From contig CAWJET010000001.1 of assembly GCA_963842085.1 (NCBI GenBank), forward strand, positions 2,432,001 through 2,496,000: DNA of 64,000 bases, given 5' to 3'. The stretch's first letter is position 1, and each line of letters opens with the position of its first letter. Below the pieces are notes generated by a model. That model was given only the letters and a program-made list of their open reading frames with translations, was not told the DNA's origin and searched no databases. This document shows positions 38,682-47,364 of the stretch, in pieces. Origin of the DNA: an uncultured delta proteobacterium (lineage in GTDB: Bacteria > Desulfobacterota > Binatia > Binatales > Binataceae). Made by a program: the position numbers and the translations under genes.

Positions 38682-39368
38682 ATGGAATTTCACGTAATCA
38701 CACTGTTCCCCGAGATGTTCGAGTCGCCGTTTCGCGGCGGCATGATTGGACGCGCTGTGGAGCAGGGACTGATCGCGATCAAGGCGCATCCGCTGCGCGA
38801 GCACGGCCTCGGCAACTACCGGCAGGTCGATGACGCGCCGTACGGGGGAGGCAGCGGGATGGTGATGCGGCCGGAGCCGATTGCCGCCGCGATCGACGCG
38901 GTCAATGCGCAGCGGCCGGGTTTGTGGCGCATCCTGATGACACCGCAGGGCGAAGTGTTCGACAACTCGATGGCGCGTGACCTCGCCCGGCGCGCGCCCG
39001 GCCTGATGATCGTCGCGGGGCGCTACGAGGGAATCGACGAGCGCGTGCGCTCGCTGGTTGACCAGGAAATTTCGATCGGCGACTACGTGCTGAGCGGCGG
39101 AGAAATCCCCGCGATGGCGGTGATCGAGGCGGTGGGCAGAATTCTGCCGGGCGTGCTCGGCAATCCCGAGTCGCTCGACGAGGAATCGTTCGCGGCCGGG
39201 ATGCTCGAGTATCCGCAATACACGCGACCCGAGGAATTTCGCGGGATGACGGTGCCGGAAATCCTGCTCAGTGGCGACCACGGCAAGATTCGCGCGTGGC
39301 GCGAGGCCGAAGCGAAACGGCGCACCGCCAGGCGGCGTCCCGACCTGCTCCAACGCCGCAAGCTCTGA
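38682..39368 (+). CDS. trmD: tRNA (guanine-N1)-methyltransferase
   Basis: TLFPEMF, VDD.PYGGG.GM, GRYEGIDER, SIGDYVLSGGE, LEYPQYTRP. Confidence 0.98.
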   Translation: MEFHVITLFPEMFESPFRGGMIGRAVEQGLIAIKAHPLREHGLGNYRQVDDAPYGGGSGMVMRPEPIAAAIDAVNAQRPGLWRILMTPQGEVFDNSMARDLARRAPGLMIVAGRYEGIDERVRSLVDQEISIGDYVLSGGEIPAMAVIEAVGRILPGVLGNPESLDEESFAAGMLEYPQYTRPEEFRGMTVPEILLSGDHGKIRAWREAEAKRRTARRRPDLLQRRKL

Positions 39369-39375
39369 CCGTGCC

Positions 39376-39407
39376 AATTCTGAAAACGTGCAAATTCTGA
39401 AAACGTG
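39376..39407 (+). repeat. 15-bp tandem duplication overlapping the next start codon
   Basis: AATTCTGAAAACGTG at 39376-39390 and 39393-39407. Confidence 0.8.
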
Positions 39408-39962
39408 AACGACCTCTTCGTAGCGTTGATTCATCATCCGGTGCTCGATCGGAACGCAAAGATTGTCACGTCGGCGATCACCAGCCTGGACATCCACGAT
39501 ATCGCGCGCGCGTCGCGAACCTACGACGTGCGGGGCGTGTTCATCGTGCATCCAATTCCCGAGCAGCGTAAATTCGCGGCCAGCGTGATCGATCACTGGC
39601 GCTTCGACTTCGGCCGCACTCACGATTCGCGCCGTCGCGAGGCGCTCGAGCGCGTGCAAATAGTCGCCGACCTCGACGACGCCATCGCCGAAGCATCGCG
39701 AATCTCCGGCGCGCGCCCGCGGGTAGTACACACCTCCGCGCGCACCGAAGGCGGCACCAGCTATTCCGATTTGCGCAAACGGCTCGAGGCCCCGGACGCG
39801 CCGCCGATGATGATCCTGCTCGGCACCGGATTTGGAATGTCGCCCGAGGTCGCCGAGCGCGCCGACGTGGTGCTCGCGCCGATCGTCGGCCCCGGCGACT
39901 ACAACCATCTGTCAGTGCGCTCCGCCGCGGGAATTATTTTGGATCGTCTTCGCGGCAAGTGA
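39405..39962 (+). CDS. SPOUT-class RNA methyltransferase (type found after or fused to TrmD)
   Basis: ALIH.PV, TSAIT.LDIHDIAR..RTY, TSAR, GTG.G, YNHLSVRSA..IILDRL. Confidence 0.88.
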   Translation: MNDLFVALIHHPVLDRNAKIVTSAITSLDIHDIARASRTYDVRGVFIVHPIPEQRKFAASVIDHWRFDFGRTHDSRRREALERVQIVADLDDAIAEASRISGARPRVVHTSARTEGGTSYSDLRKRLEAPDAPPMMILLGTGFGMSPEVAERADVVLAPIVGPGDYNHLSVRSAAGIILDRLRGK

Positions 39963-40493
39963 CGCGCGCAGCTTCGTGACGAAGCGGCGCATGTGCGGAT
40001 CGGAGCGCTCGGACGGAATCTCGTCGAAGCCGAACCATCGCACGCCGTGAAACTCGCCGCGATCGAACTCAATCGCGCGCGAGTTGTCCCCCCGTAGAAC
40101 ATACCAAAGCGACACGTCAGTGTGCCCGCCGACTTTGCGGGTGGGCGTCACCGTGATGAACAGTGGATCTGGAAGGATGAACTCCGCATCGAGGTTCAAC
40201 TCCTCCGACAGTTCTCTGACTACGGTTGCCATCGGATCTTCGTCGGGCTCGACGTGGCCTCCGCTCGGCAGCCACAAGTCCGCGAGCTTGTGATCGACCA
40301 GCAGCAACTCGCTGCGCTGCTCATCTACGAGAGCGAAGTAACTCACCAGGTGCTTGGGCGGGACGTCCGGTTTTTTAGTCCTGAAGATGGGCGCACCCGA
40401 ACGAATCCATTCGATCGTCGAGTCGCGATGCTCCCGCTCGAGCTCGTCGAGAGGCTCGATCGTCGCGATTATTTCGGCGATCCTGTCGCGCAT
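39912..40493 (-). CDS. NUDIX hydrolase
   Basis: P.HLVSYF, HK...LWLPSGGHVEPDE.....V.REL.EEL; H.DVSLWY. Confidence 0.88.
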   Translation of the reverse strand: MRDRIAEIIATIEPLDELEREHRDSTIEWIRSGAPIFRTKKPDVPPKHLVSYFALVDEQRSELLLVDHKLADLWLPSGGHVEPDEDPMATVVRELSEELNLDAEFILPDPLFITVTPTRKVGGHTDVSLWYVLRGDNSRAIEFDRGEFHGVRWFGFDEIPSERSDPHMRRFVTKLRASLAAKTIQNNSRGGAH

Positions 40494-40510
40494 TGGATTC
40501 GTAAAGCCGC

Positions 40511-40936
40511 CTATTGTTGCATATGTCCGTCCGGTAACGGCAGGTCTGTGCCCTCCAGAGGCAGTGACACTTCGACCGGGACACCCTCGACTGACTTAGG
40601 CGCGGCGCGCTTCACCGCCGCGAGTTTTTTGGGATCCCAAACCCACAGTTGAATCCAAAAGTTACAGGCCGCAATCGCTGCACGCGCGGCAGACGGGCTC
40701 TTCGTTTTGGAGACAGGAATTCCGCACCCCACGGAATCGACACCGGGTATTGCCAGCAGCTTTTTCATATTTCGGTCGCGCACCTGCTGGACCCGTATGC
40801 TGGCTGAACAGCACGGATTTTCGCTCGCGGGACCGGAATCGCACACGGATTGCGCCGCGGCTCGCGAACCGGGTACCGACGACAACGCCAGATACCAGCC
40901 CAAAAGCGCGAGCACGGCCGCATAGCGGGGCTTCAT
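40511..40936 (-). CDS. Small secreted hypothetical protein
   Basis: Signal peptide MKPRYAAVLALLGWYL; L.IPGV..VG...P..VEGVPV pattern. Confidence 0.7.
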   Translation of the reverse strand: MKPRYAAVLALLGWYLALSSVPGSRAAAQSVCDSGPASENPCCSASIRVQQVRDRNMKKLLAIPGVDSVGCGIPVSKTKSPSAARAAIAACNFWIQLWVWDPKKLAAVKRAAPKSVEGVPVEVSLPLEGTDLPLPDGHMQQ

Positions 40937-40975
40937 GCGGGCAGACTCTACCACTGCGCAATAACGGGTAGTGTC

Positions 40976-41230
40976 CTAATTTGACGGCGGCTCGCCAATT
41001 TCCGTGACAACGCGAGGCTCATGCTCAAGAACGAGTCTTGCAAGCTGATCGGGTAACTGAAACCACTGTTGTTTCCCGCGAGTGTTCGGATAACCGCTGC
41101 GATGAATGTCGTCCGGATTCCACGTAACTCCGAGCACTGTTTTCTTGTCTCGCTGCAATTCAGCGATCGTAAACGCGGGGCAATCCGCCACATATCTCAG
41201 AACTTTGTGTGTCTTTGTGTCATGCAACAT
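40976..41230 (-). CDS. Hypothetical passenger protein inside the mini-IS
   Basis: 84-aa ORF (LGV.WN...GYPN.RG...WF.LP); stop codon lies in the terminal IR. Confidence 0.55.
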   Translation of the reverse strand: MLHDTKTHKVLRYVADCPAFTIAELQRDKKTVLGVTWNPDDIHRSGYPNTRGKQQWFQLPDQLARLVLEHEPRVVTEIGEPPSN

Positions 41231-41379
41231 CGGCCTGCGCTCCTGCGGATGCGGTAATCAATTCCTCGACCGACCATAGCCGATCCGTCACGCCAGCGGA
41301 CATAGCTGGCGTACAGCGCAGCGTCCGATGCACGCGCACGAAATTGTAATTTGCGTAGTGCAGCGCAACTGACGCCTTG

Positions 41380-41432
41380 AGATTCGCCAGCCATCAAACG
41401 CATCACCGTGTCGCGATGGATTCCGGACCGGT
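41380..41432 (-). pseudogene. Remnant of an IS1-family-like transposase HTH
   Basis: SGIHRDTVMRL resembles the HTH segment of IS1-like transposases; directly abuts the IR. Confidence 0.5.
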
Positions 41433-41527
41433 CCGCCAAATTAGGACACTACCCAATAACGCGCACCCATTGAGTGGGGGCGCGCATTTGGGTAGCTTGG
41501 ATGGCTCGACTCGAGGTCTTTTCTCCC

Positions 41528-41872
41528 ATGAATACCGTTATCCAGAAGCTCGAAGAGCGGGGCCTGCGCAAGGACCTGCCCGAATTCCGCGTCGGCGACT
41601 CGGTTCGCGTTCACGTCAAGGTCGTCGAAGGCGAAAAAGAGCGCATCCAATCCTTCGAAGGCATCGTGATCAAAATCAACCGGGGCGCCAGCCGCGCGAC
41701 CTTTACCGTCCGCAAGATTTCGTACGGGGTCGGCGTCGAGCGTATCTTCCCGATGCATTCGCCGCGAATCGACAAGCTGCAGGTGCTGACGCGAAGCCGC
41801 GTGCGCCGCGCGCGCCTGTACTACCTCCGCGACCTGTCGGGCAAAGCGGCGCGACTCGACACCGCGACCTGA
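41528..41872 (+). CDS. rplS: 50S ribosomal protein L19
   Basis: PEFR.GD.V.V...[38 protein letters not shown]. Confidence 0.98.
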   Translation: MNTVIQKLEERGLRKDLPEFRVGDSVRVHVKVVEGEKERIQSFEGIVIKINRGASRATFTVRKISYGVGVERIFPMHSPRIDKLQVLTRSRVRRARLYYLRDLSGKAARLDTAT

Positions 41873-41891
41873 GCGGCCGCCGTATCCTCGA

Positions 41892-42293
41892 CTATCGGTC
41901 GTTGGAGGCGGCGGTCTTTTCGACGGCAGCCCGCGTCATGCGTACGTTGCCGTCCAGGTACGCGCCTTCGGACACCGTCAAGTTGCGCGTCTCGATATTG
42001 CCAAACACTTTAGCGCGCGGTCCGAGCACCACGCGCTCGCATCCGACGAGATCGCCGCGCAGTTCACCCATTATGAGCAGTCGCGGCGCGAAGACTTTGC
42101 CCTCGATCATTCCTTCTTCGCCGACCACGACCAACTCGACCGAACGAACCTCGCCGCGGAAGCGCCCTTCGATCCTGACCGGTTCGTGAAAGATCAACTT
42201 GCCCGAGACGTTGATGTTGCGGCCGACCGCTACGCGCGTGCGCGCTTCGGCCCACGCCACGCCTGCATCCTGCGGTATCTGTGTTGAATCCAT
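41892..42293 (-). CDS. Bactofilin (polymer-forming cytoskeletal protein)
   Basis: Beta-helix repeats: G.L.F...VRIEG...G, G.I.G, A.V.GNI, EGA...G. Confidence 0.88.
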   Translation of the reverse strand: MDSTQIPQDAGVAWAEARTRVAVGRNINVSGKLIFHEPVRIEGRFRGEVRSVELVVVGEEGMIEGKVFAPRLLIMGELRGDLVGCERVVLGPRAKVFGNIETRNLTVSEGAYLDGNVRMTRAAVEKTAASNDR

Positions 42294-42296
42294 CCG

Positions 42297-43334
42297 CTAC
42301 GGGGCCGGGAATACGTGGCACGCCACCGCGTGGCCGCCGCGCCCGGTTTCCAATTTCGGTTCGATGCTGCTGCACACATCTTTCGCATAAGGGCATCTTG
42401 GATGGAAGGCGCAGCCGGGCGGTGGGTTCATCGGGCTCGGCATTTCGCCGGGCAGCTTGATGCGGTCGGGTTTGTGCGCGGCGTCGATCGTCGGAATCGC
42501 CGAGAGCAGCGCGCGCGTGTAGGGATGCCGCGGGTTCAGGTAGATCTCGTCGCGCGACGCTATCTCGACAATCTTGCCCAGGTACATGATCGCGACGCGA
42601 TTGCTGATGTGCTCGACTACGCGCAGGTCGTGCGCGATGAACAGGTACGTAAGCTTCAGTTTCTCCTGCAGGTCCTGCAGCAGGTTGATTATCTGCGCCT
42701 GGATCGAGACGTCGAGCGCCGAGACCGGCTCGTCCAGCACGAGGAAGCGGGGATTCACCGCGAGCGCCCGCGCGATCCCGATTCGCTGACGCTGCCCGCC
42801 CGAGAACTCGTGGGGCAAACGATCCATCGCGTCGGCGCTCATCCCGACCATCGCGAGCAGCTCGGCGATTCGCCGCTCCTTTTCCGCGCCGCGCGCGAGT
42901 TTGTGAATCTCGATTCCTTCGCCGACGATCGCTCTCACGCGCATCCGCGGATTCAACGACGCGTACGGGTCCTGAAACACGAGCTGCATCTGCCGGCGCA
43001 GCGTGCGAAGTTCCGCGCGGCCGAGCGTCGAGAGATCGCGCCCGTCGAAATAGACGGCGCCCTCGGTCGGCTCGAGCAGTTTCAGAATCAGCCGTCCCAG
43101 CGTCGACTTGCCCGAACCCGACTCGCCCACCAGTCCCAGTGTTTCGCCGGGCTCGATCTCCAGGTTGACGCCGGCCACCGCTTTTATCGAGAGGTTCTTT
43201 CCGCCGATGATTCCCGTCGATCCCGCCGGGAACTCCTTGCTGAGATGCTCGACGCGAACCAGCGGCGCGCCGAACGCGGTTGCGGTGGTGTTGCCGGCGG
43301 GCGATGCGGGACTAGGCGCGGATGCAGGCGACAT
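42297..43334 (-). CDS. oppF: Oligopeptide/dipeptide ABC ATPase
   Basis: [37 protein letters not shown]. Confidence 0.93.
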   Translation of the reverse strand: MSPASAPSPASPAGNTTATAFGAPLVRVEHLSKEFPAGSTGIIGGKNLSIKAVAGVNLEIEPGETLGLVGESGSGKSTLGRLILKLLEPTEGAVYFDGRDLSTLGRAELRTLRRQMQLVFQDPYASLNPRMRVRAIVGEGIEIHKLARGAEKERRIAELLAMVGMSADAMDRLPHEFSGGQRQRIGIARALAVNPRFLVLDEPVSALDVSIQAQIINLLQDLQEKLKLTYLFIAHDLRVVEHISNRVAIMYLGKIVEIASRDEIYLNPRHPYTRALLSAIPTIDAAHKPDRIKLPGEMPSPMNPPPGCAFHPRCPYAKDVCSSIEPKLETGRGGHAVACHVFPAP

Positions 43335-44274
43335 AGTGGTTGGGGCCCTTGTTCTCCAGCGGCGGTTCCGCCGCCGAGCATTGAGGAATTACGCGCGGGC
43401 ATCGCGGATGAAATCTGCAGCCCGCCGGAGGATTCAGCGCGCTCGGAATCGAACCGGGAATCGCCTGCAAGCGGTGGTGTCGGTTGCCGTCGATGCCGGG
43501 AATCGAATCGAGCAATCCGCGCGTGTACGGGTTGAGCGGATTTCGAAACAGCTCCGCGCTCGGCGCTTGCTCCATCACGCGCGCCGCGTAGAGGATCGTC
43601 ACGTCGTCGGCATACTCGGAGACAATTCCGAGATCGTGTGTAACCAGTATAACGGCAAGGCCGAGCCGCACCTGCAACTCGCGGATCAGATCGAGAATCT
43701 GCGCCTGGATCGTCACGTCGAGCGCGGTGGTCGGCTCGTCCGCGATCAGCAGGCGCGGGTTGCACGACAACGCCATCGCGATCATGACGCGCTGGCGCAT
43801 GCCGCCGGACAACTGATGCGGATAGTCATCGATGCGGCGCTCGGGGTCGGCAATCCCGACCATCCTGAGCGCTTCGATGGTGCGATTGCGAGTCTCGGCG
43901 CGATTGGTGTGCTGATGAAGCCGGACCGCCTCGCCAATCTGGCTGCCGATGGTGAAGACCGGATTCAGCGAGGTCATCGGCTCCTGGAAGATCATCGCGA
44001 TCCGCGCGCCGCGGACGTGGCGCATCTCGGGTTCGCTGAGCTTGAGCAGGTCCTGATCTTCGAAGATTACTTCGCCGCCGACGATTCGCGCCGACTCGGG
44101 CAGCAGCCGCATGATCGATAGCACGCTGGCCGTCTTGCCCGATCCCGACTCGCCGACCAGGCCCATCAGCTTTCCCGGCGCGACGGAAAAACTCACGCCG
44201 TCCACCGCCCGCACTTCTCCCGCATCGGTGAAAAACGAAGTGCGCAGCGACTTAACTTCGAGCAGAGGTTTCAC
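43312..44274 (-). CDS. oppD: Oligopeptide/dipeptide ABC ATPase
   Basis: [40 protein letters not shown]. Confidence 0.93.
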   Translation of the reverse strand: MKPLLEVKSLRTSFFTDAGEVRAVDGVSFSVAPGKLMGLVGESGSGKTASVLSIMRLLPESARIVGGEVIFEDQDLLKLSEPEMRHVRGARIAMIFQEPMTSLNPVFTIGSQIGEAVRLHQHTNRAETRNRTIEALRMVGIADPERRIDDYPHQLSGGMRQRVMIAMALSCNPRLLIADEPTTALDVTIQAQILDLIRELQVRLGLAVILVTHDLGIVSEYADDVTILYAARVMEQAPSAELFRNPLNPYTRGLLDSIPGIDGNRHHRLQAIPGSIPSALNPPAGCRFHPRCPRVIPQCSAAEPPLENKGPNHYVACIRA

Positions 44275-44326
44275 GTGAGGTTCAGCGTATCATCGCCCCG
44301 CCGCGCCCATCCAGACTGATCCGAAA

Positions 44327-44502
44327 TCATGCGGCGGTGGCGGGGTCCAGTCTGTCGCGCAGATGGTCGCCGAGAAAGTTGAACGACATCACCGCGAGAA
44401 AAATGAAAATGCCCGGAATCAGAATCCACGGGTAACGCGCGAGATTCTGTACGTCCTGCGCCTGCGCCAGCAGGTTGCCCAGCTCGCGGCCGGCTCCTAG
44501 AT
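44327..44502 (-). pseudogene. Duplicated 3' end of oppC (orphan copy with 1-nt deletion)
   Basis: Direct repeat of 45255-45431 with about 10 substitutions and one deletion. Confidence 0.92.
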
Positions 44503-44874
44503 TGCGATGCGGAGCGCAATTTCCTCAAACAGGACGTGCGGCACTTTGACTCTTCGCTTGCCCCGCGGCTCTTTTGCAATCCGCACAAGACCGTGCCGTT
44601 CCAGAATTCGAACGTCTTCCTGGACGTTCTTGAAATCGCGCTTGACCATTTTCGCCAGTTCATAGAGCGATCCGGGATGGCGGGTTCGGATCGTGCGCAT
44701 AAGAGCGAGCCTCTCACGCGTCAGAAAGTTACGGGCAGCCTCAATGCTCGTGAAGCCGACCTCGTCGCGTGGTTTCTGCGGAATGCGCCGCCCGGTCCGA
44801 ACGGCGTCGAAGGTCCTGGAGAAATCGTCTGCGAGTTGCGCCAGCGGCCCGATCGAAAATGTCACTGTCTTCAT
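44497..44874 (-). CDS. HTH antitoxin-like regulator (HVO_A0114-like)
   Basis: F.SIE....LT.ER..L...I....P.SLYELA....RDFKNV..DV..L...GLV. Confidence 0.8.
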   Translation of the reverse strand: MKTVTFSIGPLAQLADDFSRTFDAVRTGRRIPQKPRDEVGFTSIEAARNFLTRERLALMRTIRTRHPGSLYELAKMVKRDFKNVQEDVRILERHGLVRIAKEPRGKRRVKVPHVLFEEIALRIAI

Positions 44875-45167
44875 TTTTCATCTCCCGCGAATTGCCTTGC
44901 CTGTGCGAAAAAATCGGCGATGAGCCGCCGCGCCGTCGAAAACTTGTACGACTCCTCGTGGCTGCCAATGTGACGGTGGTGGCCCTTGGGGTGATGATTG
45001 TCATACAGAACCGCGGGCGTTTCTTCACCGGAACGAATGAACGCAAGCCGATAGCGAACACCTTCGGGGTGTCGAGTACTCTGCTCGACTTTCCACAGGA
45101 CAATCTCGTAGAGATTTCCTCGCTCGTCCGTCCACTTCCACCGCCTGATCAGTTTAGCCCGCGCCAC
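44871..45167 (-). CDS. DUF6516 (TumE-like) putative toxin
   Basis: W.V......P.G..YRL, YDNHH.KGHHRH, Y.F...L..DF; ATGA overlap with the HTH gene. Confidence 0.8.
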   Translation of the reverse strand: MARAKLIRRWKWTDERGNLYEIVLWKVEQSTRHPEGVRYRLAFIRSGEETPAVLYDNHHPKGHHRHIGSHEESYKFSTARRLIADFFAQARQFAGDEK

Positions 45168-45182
45168 CCCTCAAGAGCCCTC

Positions 45183-45219
45183 TACATGGCATGATACGCC
45201 ATGTACTCTGGTCTTCCAA
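45183..45219 (-). promoter_or_regulatory. Sigma70 promoter with overlapping palindromic operator
   Basis: Minus strand TTGGAA-N17-TATCAT; the -10 box sits inside the perfect IR TACATGGC-N7-GCCATGTA. Confidence 0.7.
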
Positions 45220-45254
45220 CAGGCAATAACGCAAGCTCGCGGAGAAGAGAGGGA

Positions 45255-46337
45255 TTATGCGGAGGTGGCGGGGTCCAGTCGGTCGCGCAGATGGTCGCCG
45301 AGAAAATTGAACGACATCACCGCGAGAAAAATGAAAATGCCCGGAATCAGGATCCACGGGTAGCGCGCGAGATTCTGCACGTCTTGCGCCTGCGCCAGCA
45401 GATTGCCCCAGCTCGCGGCCGGCTCCTGGATTCCCAGACCCAGCAGCGAGAGCGCGCTCTCGCCGAGGATGTAGCCCGGAATCGAGAGCGTGGCGGCGAC
45501 GATCGCGTAGCCCATCACCGACGGAATGATGTGCCGCGTGATGATGCGCCAGCGCGACGCGCCCAGCGCGCGGGCCGCCTCGACGTACGGCCGCGAGCGC
45601 ACCGAAGACGCCATCCCGCGGATGATCCGCGCAAAGCCGGCCCAACTGATGAAGCTCATGATCGCCACGATCATGAAAAACGTCGCGACCGTGCTCATCC
45701 CCGACGGAATCACCGCCGCCAGCGCCAGCAGGAAATAGAATGACGGCAGCGACATCTCGATTTCGGACCATCGCATGATCAGGAAATCGACCGTCCCGCC
45801 GAGATAGCCGGACAGCGCGCCAATCGTGATGCCCAGCGAAAAACTGATCAGCACGCCGATCAAACCGACGCACATGCTCACGCGCGAGCCGTACACGATT
45901 CGCGAGTAGAGGTCGCGCCCCAGGCCGTCGCTGCCGAGCATGAAGTACGGCTCGCGCTCGCTGTCGGTGGTGAACAGGTGGCCGCGCGTGAACAGATGGA
46001 TGTCGAGCCGGCGCGAACCGTCGGCGACGAACGTGCGCGCGACCGGGTCCTGCATGTGCATCGGATGGGTATAGAAGATCGCGCGCGACCAGTCGGATGG
46101 CGCATTCAAGTGGAGCGACATCGGCGGGCAATCGGGCATCGCACGGTTCTGATAAGCCGGATCGTAACTCGCGAAGAACGGCGACGCGGCCGTCAGGAGG
46201 TAGAAGAAGGCGAGGCAGATCGCCGAGAAGCGAACGGTCCACGACGCCAGCCGCCATTCGCGGGCCACGCCCGACGTTTTTCGCGCGGATACCGCAGCGC
46301 CCTGCAGATTCGCCTGGATCGCGCTGTCCACGTTCAT
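45255..46337 (-). CDS. oppC: Peptide ABC permease
   Basis: LG.D.LGRD.YSR..YG.R.S, YVEAARALGAS, ES.LS.LGLG, FNFLGD.LRD.LDP. Confidence 0.93.
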   Translation of the reverse strand: MNVDSAIQANLQGAAVSARKTSGVAREWRLASWTVRFSAICLAFFYLLTAASPFFASYDPAYQNRAMPDCPPMSLHLNAPSDWSRAIFYTHPMHMQDPVARTFVADGSRRLDIHLFTRGHLFTTDSEREPYFMLGSDGLGRDLYSRIVYGSRVSMCVGLIGVLISFSLGITIGALSGYLGGTVDFLIMRWSEIEMSLPSFYFLLALAAVIPSGMSTVATFFMIVAIMSFISWAGFARIIRGMASSVRSRPYVEAARALGASRWRIITRHIIPSVMGYAIVAATLSIPGYILGESALSLLGLGIQEPAASWGNLLAQAQDVQNLARYPWILIPGIFIFLAVMSFNFLGDHLRDRLDPATSA

Positions 46338-46338
46338 C

Positions 46339-47319
46339 TCACTCGGCCGCCACCGACGAAAAATCCACGCGCGGATCCACCGCCACCAGCGCGATGTCGG
46401 CGAGCAGGTTGCCGACCAGCAGCAGGATCGTCCCCATCAGCACCGAGCCCATCACCAGGTAGATGTCGAGCGAACGCACCGCGTCGAGCATCAGCAGCCC
46501 CAGTCCCTGCAGGTTCATCACGGCCTCGACCAGAGCGGCGCCGCCGAGCAGATCGCCCAACGAATATCCGGCCATCGTGACGAACGGATTCATCGCGTTG
46601 CGCAGCACGTGCTTGTAGATGACGACGCGCTCGGACAATCCCTTGGCGCGCGCGGTACGCACGAATTCTGAATTTTTGATTTCGAGAATCTGCGAGCGCA
46701 TCAGGCGCATCAGTCCCGCCGTGCCGGAGATGCCGAGCACGAACACCGGCAGAATGAGATGGTTGATGCGATCGGCGATGCGGTTCACCGTACTGAGTGT
46801 CGAGTAGTCGGGCGAGTAGGTGCCCCCAATCGGAAACCATCCGGTTTTCAGCGCCAGGTACATCATCAGGAAGGCGAGAAAAAAGCTCGGCAGCGACATC
46901 CCGAAGAATGCGAGGAACGAAAGGAAGCGATCCCAGATCGAATTCTGGTTTACCGCGACGATGATTCCGATCGGAATCGCGATCAACCACGACAAGGTCA
47001 TGCTGCTGGCCGCCAGGATGATCGTGTTGACGGCGCGTGACGCGATGAGTCCGGTGACGCTGACACGGTACTGCAGCGAGAAGCCGAAGTTCAGATGCAG
47101 CACGCCCCACAGCCACTTGAAGTAACGGACCATCAGCGGCTGATCGAGGCCGAACTGCGCCTCGAGCTGGTGAATCACCTCGGGCGTGATGGTGGGGTTG
47201 AGCTTGAGATTCGAAACGAAGTCGCCCGGCACCAGCGACATCGCGAGGAACGAAATAAAAGTGATCCCCAGGATGAGTGGGATCATGTTGAGCAGGCGGC
47301 GGATCAGAAAGCGGGTCAT
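46339..47319 (-). CDS. oppB: Peptide ABC permease
   Basis: GLDQP...Y..W, HLILP, RTARAKGL, KH.LRNA, NLLAD.....DPR. Confidence 0.93.
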   Translation of the reverse strand: MTRFLIRRLLNMIPLILGITFISFLAMSLVPGDFVSNLKLNPTITPEVIHQLEAQFGLDQPLMVRYFKWLWGVLHLNFGFSLQYRVSVTGLIASRAVNTIILAASSMTLSWLIAIPIGIIVAVNQNSIWDRFLSFLAFFGMSLPSFFLAFLMMYLALKTGWFPIGGTYSPDYSTLSTVNRIADRINHLILPVFVLGISGTAGLMRLMRSQILEIKNSEFVRTARAKGLSERVVIYKHVLRNAMNPFVTMAGYSLGDLLGGAALVEAVMNLQGLGLLMLDAVRSLDIYLVMGSVLMGTILLLVGNLLADIALVAVDPRVDFSSVAAE

Positions 47320-47364
47320 CTTTTCAGCGGCCTGATACTTCGACGTGCGTGCGGCGCGGGATGT

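Larger units (their letters stand above)
40967..41453. mobile_element. 487-bp non-autonomous IS1-like element with passenger ORF
   Basis: 21-bp terminal IRs GGTAGTGTCCTAATTTG(A/G)CGG (20/21); perfect 8-bp TSD CAATAACG at 40959-40966 and 41454-41461. Confidence 0.92.

Noticed and set aside
39376-39407. 15-bp tandem duplication as a regulatory or att site
   Set aside because: Most simply a slippage duplication; no further copies or associated element.
45224-45231. CAATAACG identical to the mini-IS TSD
   Set aside because: No adjacent IR; a single 8-mer recurrence in 64 kb is expected by chance.
44327-45431. Diversity-generating retroelement TR/VR pair
   Set aside because: Mismatches are not adenine-specific, are mostly synonymous, and no reverse transcriptase is present.
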